A DNA stretch of 64,000 nt from an uncultured delta proteobacterium. GTDB lineage: Bacteria; Desulfobacterota; Syntrophia; Syntrophales; UBA2185. The position numbers were made by a program, and so were the translations under genes. Shown here one piece after another: positions 31,744-41,504 of the stretch (position 1 is its first letter; every line of letters starts with the position of its first letter). The notes under the pieces are model-generated. The model saw only the letters and a list, made by a program, of their open reading frames with translations, was not told the origin of the DNA and did not search any database. The stretch covers positions 96,001 to 160,000 of the forward strand of contig CAVOID010000011.1 in assembly GCA_963695875.1 (NCBI GenBank), read 5' to 3'.

Positions 31744-33741
31744 ATGGGAAAGAACCTTAAGAGACTAAATCCGGGTGCGGAGACAAAGCCGACACATGCC
31801 CTTGAGGAGAAATTTCGTTTTCTGGCGGCAATTGTCCAGTCATCTGAAGACGCCGTCATCGGCAAAGATCTCAAAGGCACCATCACAAGCTGGAACCCGG
31901 CTGCGGAAAGAATGTTCGGGTACAGCGAGAGGGAAGCGCTCGGCAGACCCATCTCTATCCTCGGACCACCAGACCGCGTCGACGAGTTCAAAGAGATTAT
32001 CGAAAAAGTTAAACAAGGGATAAAGGTAGAACGATACGACACTTTGCGGAGAAGGAAAGACGGGACACTGATTGATGTTGCAGTTACTGTGTCTCCGGTA
32101 ATGAGTGAAGAAGGAAAGTTGATAGGCCTTTCGGTAATCGACCGTGACATCACATTGCAGAAGAAAGCCGACCGATATGCCCGCAGCCTGGCAGCCATCG
32201 TCCAGTCGTCTGAAGACGCCGTCATCAGCGAAGCTCTCGACGGGACCATCACAAGCTGGAACCCGGCTGCGAAAAAAATGTTCGGGTACAGTGAGAAGGA
32301 AGCGCTGGGCAAACCCATGTCCATTATCGGTACGCCGGACCGTATCGATGAGTTCAAAGAGATTATCGAAAGGGTCAAGCGGGGGGTAACAGTCGAACGC
32401 TATGAAACCGAGCGTAAACGGAAAGACGGCTCGCTGGTTGATGTTTCGGTCACTGTGTCTCCGGTGAGAGATGAGGAAGGAAAGCTGATAGGGCTTTCGG
32501 CAATCGACAGGGATATCACCGCCCAGAAACAAGCCTCCCAGTACGCCCGCAGCCTCATTGAGGCTTCTCTTGACCCGCTGGTAACCATCAGCCCGGACGG
32601 CAAGGTCACAGACGTTAACGAAGCCACCGTCAAAGTAACCGGCGTCCCGCGGGAGAAACTCATCGGGACCGACTTCTCCAGTTATTTCACAGAGCCTGAC
32701 AAAGCAGCCGACGGCTATCAACTGGTTTTTTCCGAAGGAACGGTTACGGACTATCCTCTTACCATCCGTCACTATGATGGAAAGCTCACAGACGTTTTGT
32801 ACAACGCATCCGTGTACAAAGACGTAGCAGGCAACGTCCTCGGCGTTTTCGCCGCCGCCCGTGATGTGACGGCGCAAAAGCAGGCCTCTCAGTATGCCCG
32901 CAGTCTGATTGAAGCTTCTCTCGACCCCCTGGTCACCATCAGCCCCGACGGCAAGATTACCGACGTCAATGAAGCCACCATCAAAGTCACCGGCATCTCC
33001 CGTGAGAGACTCATCGGCACCGACTTCGCCGACTATTTTACCGAACCCGAGAAGGCGCGGGAAGGCTACAAACAGGTGCTGGCCAAAGGGTACGTCACGG
33101 ACTACCCACTGACCATCCGTCATAATGATGGAAAGCTCACAGACGTTTTGTACAATGCCTCCGTGTACAAAGACGTAACCGGCAACGTCCTCGGCGTTTT
33201 TGCCGCCGCTCGTGATGTGACGGCACAGAAGCAAGCCTCCCAGTACGCACGCAGCCTCATCGAAGCGTCTCTCGACCCTCTGGTTACCATCAGCGCCGAC
33301 GGTAAGATTACCGACGTCAACGAAGCCACCATCAAAGTCACCGGCATCTCCCGAGAGAAGCTCATCGGCACCGACTTCGCCAATTACTTTACCGAACCCG
33401 AGAAGGCACGGGAAGGCTACAAACAGGTCCTGGCCAAGAGCTATGTCACGGACTATCCCCTGACCATCCGCCACAGGGATGGACATCTTACGGAGGTTCT
33501 GTATAACGCTTCCGTGTATAAAGACGTAGCCGGCGACGTCCTCGGTGTTTTCGCCGCCGCCCGCGATATCACCGGCCAGAGAAAGGCTGAAGCGCAGGTG
33601 GCTGAGCAAAGAACGAAGGAGCTGGAAAGACTGGCGGAACTGGAAAGATTCCAGAAATTGACAGTCGGACGGGAGCTGAAGATGATAGAGCTTAAAAAGG
33701 AAATCGAGGAATTAAAAAGAAGGCTCGGTGAAGCCTCATGA
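31744..33741 (+). CDS. Multi-PAS sensor protein (5 PAS/PAC domains) without an output domain
   Basis: Two 122-aa repeats (SSEDAVI) and three 117-aa repeats (YARSLIEASLDPLVTIS); C-terminal coil VGRELKMIELKKEI. Confidence 0.9.
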   Translation: MGKNLKRLNPGAETKPTHALEEKFRFLAAIVQSSEDAVIGKDLKGTITSWNPAAERMFGYSEREALGRPISILGPPDRVDEFKEIIEKVKQGIKVERYDTLRRRKDGTLIDVAVTVSPVMSEEGKLIGLSVIDRDITLQKKADRYARSLAAIVQSSEDAVISEALDGTITSWNPAAKKMFGYSEKEALGKPMSIIGTPDRIDEFKEIIERVKRGVTVERYETERKRKDGSLVDVSVTVSPVRDEEGKLIGLSAIDRDITAQKQASQYARSLIEASLDPLVTISPDGKVTDVNEATVKVTGVPREKLIGTDFSSYFTEPDKAADGYQLVFSEGTVTDYPLTIRHYDGKLTDVLYNASVYKDVAGNVLGVFAAARDVTAQKQASQYARSLIEASLDPLVTISPDGKITDVNEATIKVTGISRERLIGTDFADYFTEPEKAREGYKQVLAKGYVTDYPLTIRHNDGKLTDVLYNASVYKDVTGNVLGVFAAARDVTAQKQASQYARSLIEASLDPLVTISADGKITDVNEATIKVTGISREKLIGTDFANYFTEPEKAREGYKQVLAKSYVTDYPLTIRHRDGHLTEVLYNASVYKDVAGDVLGVFAAARDITGQRKAEAQVAEQRTKELERLAELERFQKLTVGRELKMIELKKEIEELKRRLGEAS

Positions 33742-33758
33742 CTTGGAAGTAGAAGAAG

Positions 33759-34735
33759 ATGGAAAAGATATCAGATGAAAAGATCGAATCCTTGAGAGAA
33801 TTCCGGTTAGCCACCCTCAATATCCTGGAAGATTTCAACACGGAGAAAAGTCATTTTGAAATGACACAGAAAGCCACCTTCAATATCCTCGAGGACTTCA
33901 ACGCAGACAGGCTCCGAATGAATGATACCCAGCGGGCCGTTCTTAATATCCTGGAGGATTTGAACGAGTCCAACGAAGAGCTGAAAAAGGCGCACGATGT
34001 CCTTGAAGAACGCGTCAGGGAACGGACCGCCGAGCTGGCACGGTCCAATGCCGAGCTGGAACAATTCGCCTACATAGCCTCTCACGACCTCCAGGAGCCT
34101 CTGCGAATGATCTCAAGCTACGTCCAGCTCCTGGCAAAGAGGTATAAGGGGAAGCTGGAACAGGATGCCGATGACTTTATCGGATATGCTACAGATGGGG
34201 CTCTGAGAATGCAGAGACTGATTAATGATTTGCTTGCCTATTCACGTGTCGGCACCCGCGGGAAGAGCTTTGGAGAAGTGAATCTCGATACGGTCTTAGC
34301 TCAGGCCTTGGAGAATCTGCAACTGGTTATCAAAGAAAAGCACGCCGTCATAACCCACGCCCCCTTGCCAATGGCATATGGAGACAGTGGTCAGCTGACA
34401 CAGGTTTTCCAGAACCTGATTGATAACGCCATCAAATTCCGTAGTGATGAAGCCGCCCAGGAGTCCACGTTTCAGCCAGAATTGAGGGAGGTGAATGTAT
34501 TTGTTCAGTACAGGATAATGGCATAGGCATTGCCCCGGAATATGTCAACAGGCTTTTCCTGTTGTTCCAGAGGCTGCATACCAGTAAGGAGTATCCGGGT
34601 ACAGGTCTAGGTTTGGCAATCTGCAAAAGAATCATGGAGCGGCACGGAGGCAAGATATGGGTTGAATCAAGACCGGGCAAAGGCTCAACCTTTTATTTCA
34701 GAATACCTACTACAGCAAAGGAGTTATTACCATGG
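33759..34735 (+). CDS. Histidine kinase with N-terminal LNILED repeats (indel near 34455; 3' end approximate)
   Basis: [15 protein letters not shown]-box, [28 protein letters not shown]. Confidence 0.88.
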
Positions 34736-35176
34736 ATGAATACCCGGGTAAGAGTAATCGACATCTTACTTGTTGAGGATAATCCGGGCGATGTACGTCT
34801 GGCGCAGGAGGCCCTTAAAGAAAGCAAGGTAAGGAACCGGTTGTTTGTTGTTGCAGATGGAGTTGAAGCTATGGCGTTCCTCCGGCAACAGGGCATATAT
34901 GCCGATAAGCCCCGCCCTGATTTAATCCTGCTTGACCTTAATTTGCCGCGTAAAAGCGGACGCGAGGTACTCGCGGAAATCAAGAATGATGAAAACCTGA
35001 AGCGAATCCCGGTGGTGATACTGACCGTCTCAAAGGCTGAAGAGGATATTGTGAAGTGCTATAACTATCACGCCAACTGCTATATAACTAAACCTCTGGA
35101 TTTCAATCAGTTCATGGAAGTGACAAAGGCAATCGAGGAATTCTGGCTGACCATTGTCAAACTCCCACCAGGATAG
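34736..35176 (+). CDS. Single-domain response regulator (Rcp1/CheY-like)
   Basis: [37 protein letters not shown]. Confidence 0.9.
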   Translation: MNTRVRVIDILLVEDNPGDVRLAQEALKESKVRNRLFVVADGVEAMAFLRQQGIYADKPRPDLILLDLNLPRKSGREVLAEIKNDENLKRIPVVILTVSKAEEDIVKCYNYHANCYITKPLDFNQFMEVTKAIEEFWLTIVKLPPG

Positions 35177-35183
35177 GCACGTA

Positions 35184-36638
35184 ATGAGAATCCTGCTGAT
35201 TGAAGATAATCCTGGTGACATCCGGCTTGTTCAGGAAATATTGAAAGAAGCCCCGGGCGATTTCACTCTTAATGTTGCAGAAAGGCTCGGCAAAGGCTTA
35301 GAGTTTTTGCTGTCTAACAATATAGATGTGGTATTGCTGGACATGAACTTGCCTGACAGCCGCGGATTGGAAACACTTACCAAAATGCGGACCAGGTTCC
35401 AGCATCTGCCGGTTGTGATAATGACATCCATTGTTGATGAGTCACTCGCTGTTAAAGCGGTACATCTCGGGGCTCAGGACTACCTGGTAAAGGGAGAGAC
35501 AGATGTCAGGTTATTGTGGCGAAGTCTTGTGTATGCCGTTGAGCGCAAGCTGGTCGAAAAGGCGATGTTACGCGCAAAGCAGGAATGGGAGCGGACCTTT
35601 GATGCCGTGCCGGATCTCGTTGCCATCCTGGACGACCAGTACCGTATCCTGCGTGTTAACAGGGCTATGGCCGAGCGTCTGGGACTGCACCCGGATGAGT
35701 GCATCGGAAAGATCTGCTATACCCAGGTGCATGGACTGGACTGCCCGCCGTCTTTTTGCCCACACGCCCTCGCCCTGGCCGACGGCCGGGAACATCTTGT
35801 CGAAGTGTACGAAGAAGGCCTGGGCGGTCATTTCCTGGTCAGCGCCACGCCTCTTACAGACGAGCAGGGACGGCTGATCGGTTCCGTTCACATTGCCCGC
35901 GACATCACCGAACGCAAAAAAGCCGAAGACGCCCTGAAGGAGCATACTGCCGCGCTGGAGGTTGCCAATAAGGATTTGGAGAGCTTCAGCTATTCCGTTT
36001 CCCATGACCTACGCGCACCCCTTCGCGCCATTGACGGGTACGCACGCATGATTCTCAAAAAGCAGGGCGATAAATTTGATGAAGATACAACACGTAAATT
36101 TAATGACATAAGGTTTAACATACAGATGATGGGTCGGCTCATCGATGATCTCCTTGCTTTCTCTCGACTGGGCCGAAAGCAAATAGCCATGTCACGAGTG
36201 GACATGGAGGAACTCATCAGGGATGTATGGAAGGAACAGAGGAGCATCAACCCTGACAGGAATATGCTGCTTACAGTCAACGGCATGCCTTTCGGTTATG
36301 GAGACAAGCCGCTCATCAAACAAGTGTATTACAATCTTCTGGCAAATTCGGCCAAATTCAGTAAATTTCGGGATCCCGCCCATATTGAAGCTGGCGGTTA
36401 TACCGACGCAAATGAGGATGTGTATTATGTAAAAGACAACGGTGTCGGTTTCGATATGGCATACTATGATAAACTGTTTGGCGTTTTTCAGCGTCTTCAT
36501 AACCCCGATGAGTTCGAGGGAACCGGCGTCGGCTTGGCAACTGTCCAGCGCATCATACACAGGCATGGCGGGCGGGTGTGGGCGGAAGGAAAAGTAAATG
36601 AGGGAGCCACATTCTATTTCACGCTACCACATAGCTGA
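35184..36638 (+). CDS. Hybrid receiver-PAS-histidine kinase
   Basis: ILLIEDNPGD receiver, EWERTFDAVPD PAS, SYSVSHDLRAPLR H-box, GTGVGLA. Confidence 0.92.
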   Translation: MRILLIEDNPGDIRLVQEILKEAPGDFTLNVAERLGKGLEFLLSNNIDVVLLDMNLPDSRGLETLTKMRTRFQHLPVVIMTSIVDESLAVKAVHLGAQDYLVKGETDVRLLWRSLVYAVERKLVEKAMLRAKQEWERTFDAVPDLVAILDDQYRILRVNRAMAERLGLHPDECIGKICYTQVHGLDCPPSFCPHALALADGREHLVEVYEEGLGGHFLVSATPLTDEQGRLIGSVHIARDITERKKAEDALKEHTAALEVANKDLESFSYSVSHDLRAPLRAIDGYARMILKKQGDKFDEDTTRKFNDIRFNIQMMGRLIDDLLAFSRLGRKQIAMSRVDMEELIRDVWKEQRSINPDRNMLLTVNGMPFGYGDKPLIKQVYYNLLANSAKFSKFRDPAHIEAGGYTDANEDVYYVKDNGVGFDMAYYDKLFGVFQRLHNPDEFEGTGVGLATVQRIIHRHGGRVWAEGKVNEGATFYFTLPHS

Positions 36639-36641
36639 GAT

Positions 36642-36798
36642 AGATATTAAAAGTGGCCAGAACCATTGCAGATCTCGAAGAGGAAGATAAGATACTATCC
36701 AGCCATGTGGCCGAAGCCATTCAGTACAGAAACCTTGATAGAAAGATGATTTGATATAAAAGAGGTGCGCCATATCATGATTGCAAATTCGATAATCT
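36642..36798 (+). repeat. comM 3'-end repeat, copy 2
   Basis: Starts 3 bp after the kinase stop codon; coding differences from copy 1 are synonymous (GCT/GCA, AAA/AAG, TAT/TAC). Confidence 0.95.
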
Positions 36799-36897
36799 CC
36801 TTATTTATGAACCGCAGCACTTAGTCATTGCTTTCTGAATGGTTCGCATCTGCTATTTAACGTTTTATTTCGTCATCTGTTTATCCAGTTGATACAA

Positions 36898-37884
36898 CTA
36901 TTTTACTGCAGCGCGGTTGCATGCTCTACAGGATGGCCTACCTTTAGACGGTAGGTCATGTCTATTAATAATAGGGATGGGGGTTTCTTTTTTGCACAAG
37001 ATATATAGCTCGTCATCTGTAACTTTTGCAATGTAATGGGTGTGCCCGAACATCTGATAAATATATCTATAAGGTTCTGATAAATCAATTATATGAAACA
37101 TAGCTTTGGCAACTATACCTAAAATAATGGTCTGCTGTAATTTAAGAGATTTTTCAATCTTTTCGAGACGGTTATATAACGTATTTTCCAATGATCTTGC
37201 TCTATGTCGTTTTTTCCCTGATTTATTCATTTCTAAATCTAATCTTCTTTTGCGCAGTTCATATTTCTTCTGAAACATCTCATATTTCTTATTCGACTGC
37301 TCCTTGCGTAGCTCCTGCCATTTGCGGGAAATTTCCAGCCTTTTATTAATCACCTCTTTACGAAACTCCCACCTCTTTTTTTTCTCCACAAACATCTCAT
37401 ATTTTTTATTCAGCTGATCTTGGCGTAGCTCTCGCCATTTATGAGAATTTTCAAGCTTTTTGTCACCTAATTCTTTACGAAGTTCCCCATTCTTTTGCTT
37501 TTCCAAGAGAAATTCTTTTAAAAAATAAATCGCAATTTGTTTATAAAAATCCCTCGCCACAGTTGTGTCTGATTCATTGTTATGCTCGAATTCTATCGGG
37601 ACTTTATACCTGTCTAATAGATTTTCACCATGTTCGTCAAATTGGCTGATTTCCTTCTTCTTATGGAAGTATTCTGTTATTTTTTTATTCTTGGCCTTTC
37701 TTATAGATTGATGTAACTGATGCATGTCGTCTGGATCAGTTTCAAGGAGATGAAGCCATACATCTTGAAAAGCATCACTATTTACAGGACAATGCTCACT
37801 TATTATTCTTGATATCTCTTCTACCTTCATAGTTCCTCCATCATCAGCCATATGATCCGGATAGGCAGATTTTGTTTTGATCAC
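36898..37884 (-). CDS. Lys/Glu-rich hypothetical protein with an internal repeat
   Basis: 328-aa ORF; ENSHKWRELRQDQLNKKYEMF / EISRKWQELRKEQSNKKYEMF. Confidence 0.65.
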   Translation of the reverse strand: MIKTKSAYPDHMADDGGTMKVEEISRIISEHCPVNSDAFQDVWLHLLETDPDDMHQLHQSIRKAKNKKITEYFHKKKEISQFDEHGENLLDRYKVPIEFEHNNESDTTVARDFYKQIAIYFLKEFLLEKQKNGELRKELGDKKLENSHKWRELRQDQLNKKYEMFVEKKKRWEFRKEVINKRLEISRKWQELRKEQSNKKYEMFQKKYELRKRRLDLEMNKSGKKRHRARSLENTLYNRLEKIEKSLKLQQTIILGIVAKAMFHIIDLSEPYRYIYQMFGHTHYIAKVTDDELYILCKKETPIPIINRHDLPSKGRPSCRACNRAAVK

Positions 37885-38069
37885 ATAGATTGAACTATAA
37901 GATGGTATCTCGAAAAAGATAAATCAAAATTTTATATCAAAAGCCATGACAAGATTGCCATGCTAGCTGATAATATGAACCCAGTATGTCGAATAATTGT
38001 CGACATACTATGCTGAATTATGCTATAATAGTTCAAACAAGATGATCGAAAAAGTCAAAGGCGGCGGAA

Positions 38070-38723
38070 ATGTTTGAAGAACTACGGAACAAGATAACAA
38101 GTGAAGAGTTTGACTATCAAGCCCTTCTGAACTGCCTTCGGGAATATGACCGACCACGTGATAAGATCACGGATTTGCTGAAGCAGGGTGCCATTATACG
38201 TATAAAGAAGGGTATCTATGTTTTTGGAGAGAGATATAGACGACGACCCTTTTCCAGAGAGGTTTTGGCAAACATGATCTACGGACCTTCTTACATATCC
38301 CTCGATTATGCCTTGCATTACTATGGCATGATTCCGGAACGCGTTGAGGCTGTAACATCGGTCACCTGTAGCCGGGGCAGGCGCTTTTCCACCCCCGTCG
38401 GTCTTTTCATGTACCGTGGTATTTCCATGAATGCCTATCAGATCGGCATTGATCAAGTGGTACTCGATAGGGGGCGCACTTTCTTAATTGCAGTCCCGGA
38501 AAAGGCTCTGTCCGACAAGATCCATGATGACCGGGGAACGAGTGTTCGAACCCAGACGGACATGAGGGCATATCTGCTGGACAACTTGCGGATTGATCCT
38601 GAAAGGCTGGAAAAGCTAAACACCGACATGCTCTCTCTGATCGCCGACCGTTACCGGTCCCGGAAGATACGGCTGCTAAGCGATTTGCTTCGTAAGCTGG
38701 GTGGGAGGAAGAACAATGAATGA
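38070..38723 (+). CDS. AbiEi-like type IV antitoxin
   Basis: IIRIKKGIYV, ANMIYGPSYISLDYALHYYGMIPE, AVPEKALSD. Confidence 0.88.
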   Translation: MFEELRNKITSEEFDYQALLNCLREYDRPRDKITDLLKQGAIIRIKKGIYVFGERYRRRPFSREVLANMIYGPSYISLDYALHYYGMIPERVEAVTSVTCSRGRRFSTPVGLFMYRGISMNAYQIGIDQVVLDRGRTFLIAVPEKALSDKIHDDRGTSVRTQTDMRAYLLDNLRIDPERLEKLNTDMLSLIADRYRSRKIRLLSDLLRKLGGRKNNE

Positions 38724-39582
38724 AGTAATTGCCCGCATGCTCGACCGGTACGAGAGTAGAAGTGTGGAGGACTATGTGAGAGCCCTTCGGGAGATACTGC
38801 AGGAGATTGCACTGCTCGGCCTCTGGCGGAGCAAATTTTTTGAGAAGGCTGCCTTTTACGGGGGCACAGCTCTCAGGATTCTTTACGGGATTGACCGTTA
38901 TTCGGAAGACCTCGATTTCTCGCTGCTCAAGCCAATGCCTGATTTCGATATTTCGCGATATATCAGTGCCCTGGAGCGTGAGGTCCGGTCGTTTGGGTTC
39001 GAGGTGAGTGTGACGGTAAGAGAGAAGAATGCAGAAAGTCCAGTACAGTCGGCTTTTCTGAAAGCTGACACCCTGAAGCACCTGTTAGTCATAGAAACAG
39101 CAGAAGACATTGCCAGGCAGATCCCCCGCGGACAGGTCATGAAAATTAGAATCGAGGTCGATACTGACCCGCCAATGGGGTTTGACACTGAAAACAAGTT
39201 TCTCCTTCAGCCGATCCCCTTCTCGGTCAGAACATTTGTCCTTTCTGACCTATTCGCCGGCAAAATGCACGCCGTTCTGTGCAGGCAATGGAAGAGTCGG
39301 GTTAAGGGCCGTGATTGGTACGACCTCGTCTGGTATGCCTCGCACCATCCGCAACTACATCTCGACCACCTCGAACAGAGGATGATCCAGAGTAGACACG
39401 CGAAGGAAGGGGACCGCCTGACCAAGGAGAAATTCTTCTTACTGACATCAAACGCAATTGATAAACTGGATATAAATCAGGTCAAGAAGGAAGTGGAACC
39501 TTTCGTGAAGAACCCTGATGCTCTGCAAGTTTGGTCGAAGGAGTTCTTCAGGGATGTTGTCAAAAGGATTGTGCTGGTCTGA
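38716..39582 (+). CDS. AbiEii/AbiGii nucleotidyltransferase toxin
   Basis: AFYGGTALRILYGIDRYSEDLDF, GKMHAVL, KGRDWYD; overlaps the antitoxin stop. Confidence 0.92.
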   Translation: MNEVIARMLDRYESRSVEDYVRALREILQEIALLGLWRSKFFEKAAFYGGTALRILYGIDRYSEDLDFSLLKPMPDFDISRYISALEREVRSFGFEVSVTVREKNAESPVQSAFLKADTLKHLLVIETAEDIARQIPRGQVMKIRIEVDTDPPMGFDTENKFLLQPIPFSVRTFVLSDLFAGKMHAVLCRQWKSRVKGRDWYDLVWYASHHPQLHLDHLEQRMIQSRHAKEGDRLTKEKFFLLTSNAIDKLDINQVKKEVEPFVKNPDALQVWSKEFFRDVVKRIVLV

Positions 39583-40085
39583 AGGATGTTCTGATCGACA
39601 TTTGTTCCGAACATGCGAATATTTCCTGAACGAAACAAAAACAGCAAAGATAAGATAACCAATTTATCAAATACGAAGGGTAATGTCCGACCATCTGACC
39701 AGATCATTTATTACAGGTTCAAACATGCAAGGCTGAACTGTTTATTTTTCCGTTCAAGAAAAAAGTGCATGTCTTCCTGTTATCAATGACCCAATGGATT
39801 TCTCAATCATACAACACTTCAAGCGGTAATCTGTTGTTGATGTTCCATCGACACACGAGACCGTTCTTCATATACTCTTGCCGCAAGAAGTAATATCTTA
39901 AGGCTGAATATCATCCCTTGTTATCAGTTCTTACCTACCATTCCCCTACTTAACAATCCCTATTCTTTTACATCATCAAATGAGGTAGTGGGATTAGAAA
40001 ATAGTCAAGGAGGACTTTAATTACCCGAGTTCTTCAAGGCGTAGGGATAAACTATGAACACTTCATTCAGAGAAAGGAGATCATC

Positions 40086-40787
40086 ATGGCTGAAATACCA
40101 GGTTTGAAAGTAACGAACGTCGTTCTCGTACACGGTGGCTTCGTGGACGGCTCTGGTTGGGAAAGCGTCTATAAGATCCTGACGAAGGGCGGCTACTCGG
40201 TCAGCGTCGTTCAGAATCCGACGATATCTCTGGCCGGCGATGTCGCTGCAACCAAGCGTATTATTGCCGCGCAGAATGGCCCAGTGGTTCTCGTCGGCCA
40301 CTCCTATGGCGGAGTAGTGATCACGGAAGCCGGCAACGATCCAAAGGTGGCGGCGCTCGTCTATATCACCGCCTTTGCCCCCGACAGGGGCGAGTCGGTG
40401 TCCACTCTTATCAAGAATCCACCGCCAGGCGCGCCTGTGCCTCCGATACTGCCGCCGCAGGACGGATATCTATTACTCGACAAAGCGAAGTTCCCCGCCT
40501 CATTCGCGGGTGACGTGGACAATGAAAGGGCCGCGTTCATGGCAGACTCCCAAGTCCCATGGGGCGTGGACGCACTCAGCGGCACGATCAGCGAGCCGGC
40601 TTGGAAGACCAAGCCGAGCTGGTACCTGGTTGCCACAGACGATAAGATGATCCCACCGGCGGCTCAGCGCTTTATGTCCAAGCGCGCTGGTTCAACTGTT
40701 GTCGAGGTCGCGGGCAGTCACGCGATCTACGTGTCGCAGCCGAATGCCGTGGCCGCGCTCATCGAAAAGGCCGCTATAGGGAAGTGA
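40086..40787 (+). CDS. Alpha/beta hydrolase
   Basis: VLVHGGFVDGSGW, GHSYGG nucleophile, DKMIP, GSHA. Confidence 0.92.
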   Translation: MAEIPGLKVTNVVLVHGGFVDGSGWESVYKILTKGGYSVSVVQNPTISLAGDVAATKRIIAAQNGPVVLVGHSYGGVVITEAGNDPKVAALVYITAFAPDRGESVSTLIKNPPPGAPVPPILPPQDGYLLLDKAKFPASFAGDVDNERAAFMADSQVPWGVDALSGTISEPAWKTKPSWYLVATDDKMIPPAAQRFMSKRAGSTVVEVAGSHAIYVSQPNAVAALIEKAAIGK

Positions 40788-40998
40788 AAGCTGTGGCGAA
40801 CTGAGCCTGATGAACACGCATATAAGCCGTCTGCAAAGAGGACCGGCAAAATACGTTGAGGAATCAGGAAGAGGATGTGTCAGTAAAAAAGATTCCCAAC
40901 CAAATCAAAAGGCAGGGTCAGAATGGCACTGCCTTTCTTATTGAGCATTTCAAATCGTAATCGTCGGTATAATCTCATCACACAAATTATTGATAAGT

Positions 40999-41091
40999 AG
41001 ATACTGTCCAGCCATGTGGCCGAAGCCATTCAGTACAGGAACCTTGATAGAAAGATGATTTGATGAAAAAGAAGTATGTCATTTCATGATT
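40999..41091 (+). repeat. comM 3'-end repeat, copy 3 (shorter)
   Basis: Encodes [20 protein letters not shown] with synonymous changes, plus a related downstream flank. Confidence 0.92.
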
Positions 41092-41293
41092 ATTCTATCT
41101 ATTCTGATGAGATTACCGCGCACCCGCTGATTCCCCACGCTCCGCTCGGGACTTCGGCTCACCGCGATGGCGGATGATTTTCAGCTACTCTTTCCTTATC
41201 GCTGGATTTAGGTAATATATTAATCGATAATTGTCGGCTTTAGCAGCTGAAAAGGACTGCTAACTCGTTCAAAATACCCTTCCTGATTAATCC

Positions 41294-41322
41294 TTGACAT
41301 CAGCTCCAGAGAAGTTTATATT
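41294..41322 (+). promoter_or_regulatory. Sigma70 promoter of the DEAD-box helicase gene
   Basis: TTGACA-17 nt-TATATT. Confidence 0.7.
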
Positions 41323-41504
41323 ACGTTAACTGGTTTTGGTTCATATGTCCTCAGAGCCTGTTAAAGGCTGCTGGGGATTTTTTTGATGAAAAAAAGATTT
41401 ACTTAAAGTGTATGGCCGATTCCTGTCGGAGACAGGAGGAATCAGAAATTAAATATCCGCCCCAAAGTTGTACTGGGGCGAATACATAGGAAAAAGGAAT
41501 AACA

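Noticed and set aside
31840..33609. 589-aa antisense ORF and other long antisense ORFs
   Set aside because: These are shadows of well-supported genes on the opposite strand. The repeats merely mirror the PAS repeats.
34562..35176. Apparent in-frame fusion of the histidine kinase C-terminus to the response regulator
   Set aside because: An AAGGAG RBS and ATGs at 34732/34736 point to a separate regulator gene, and with this indel rate the fusion cannot be trusted.
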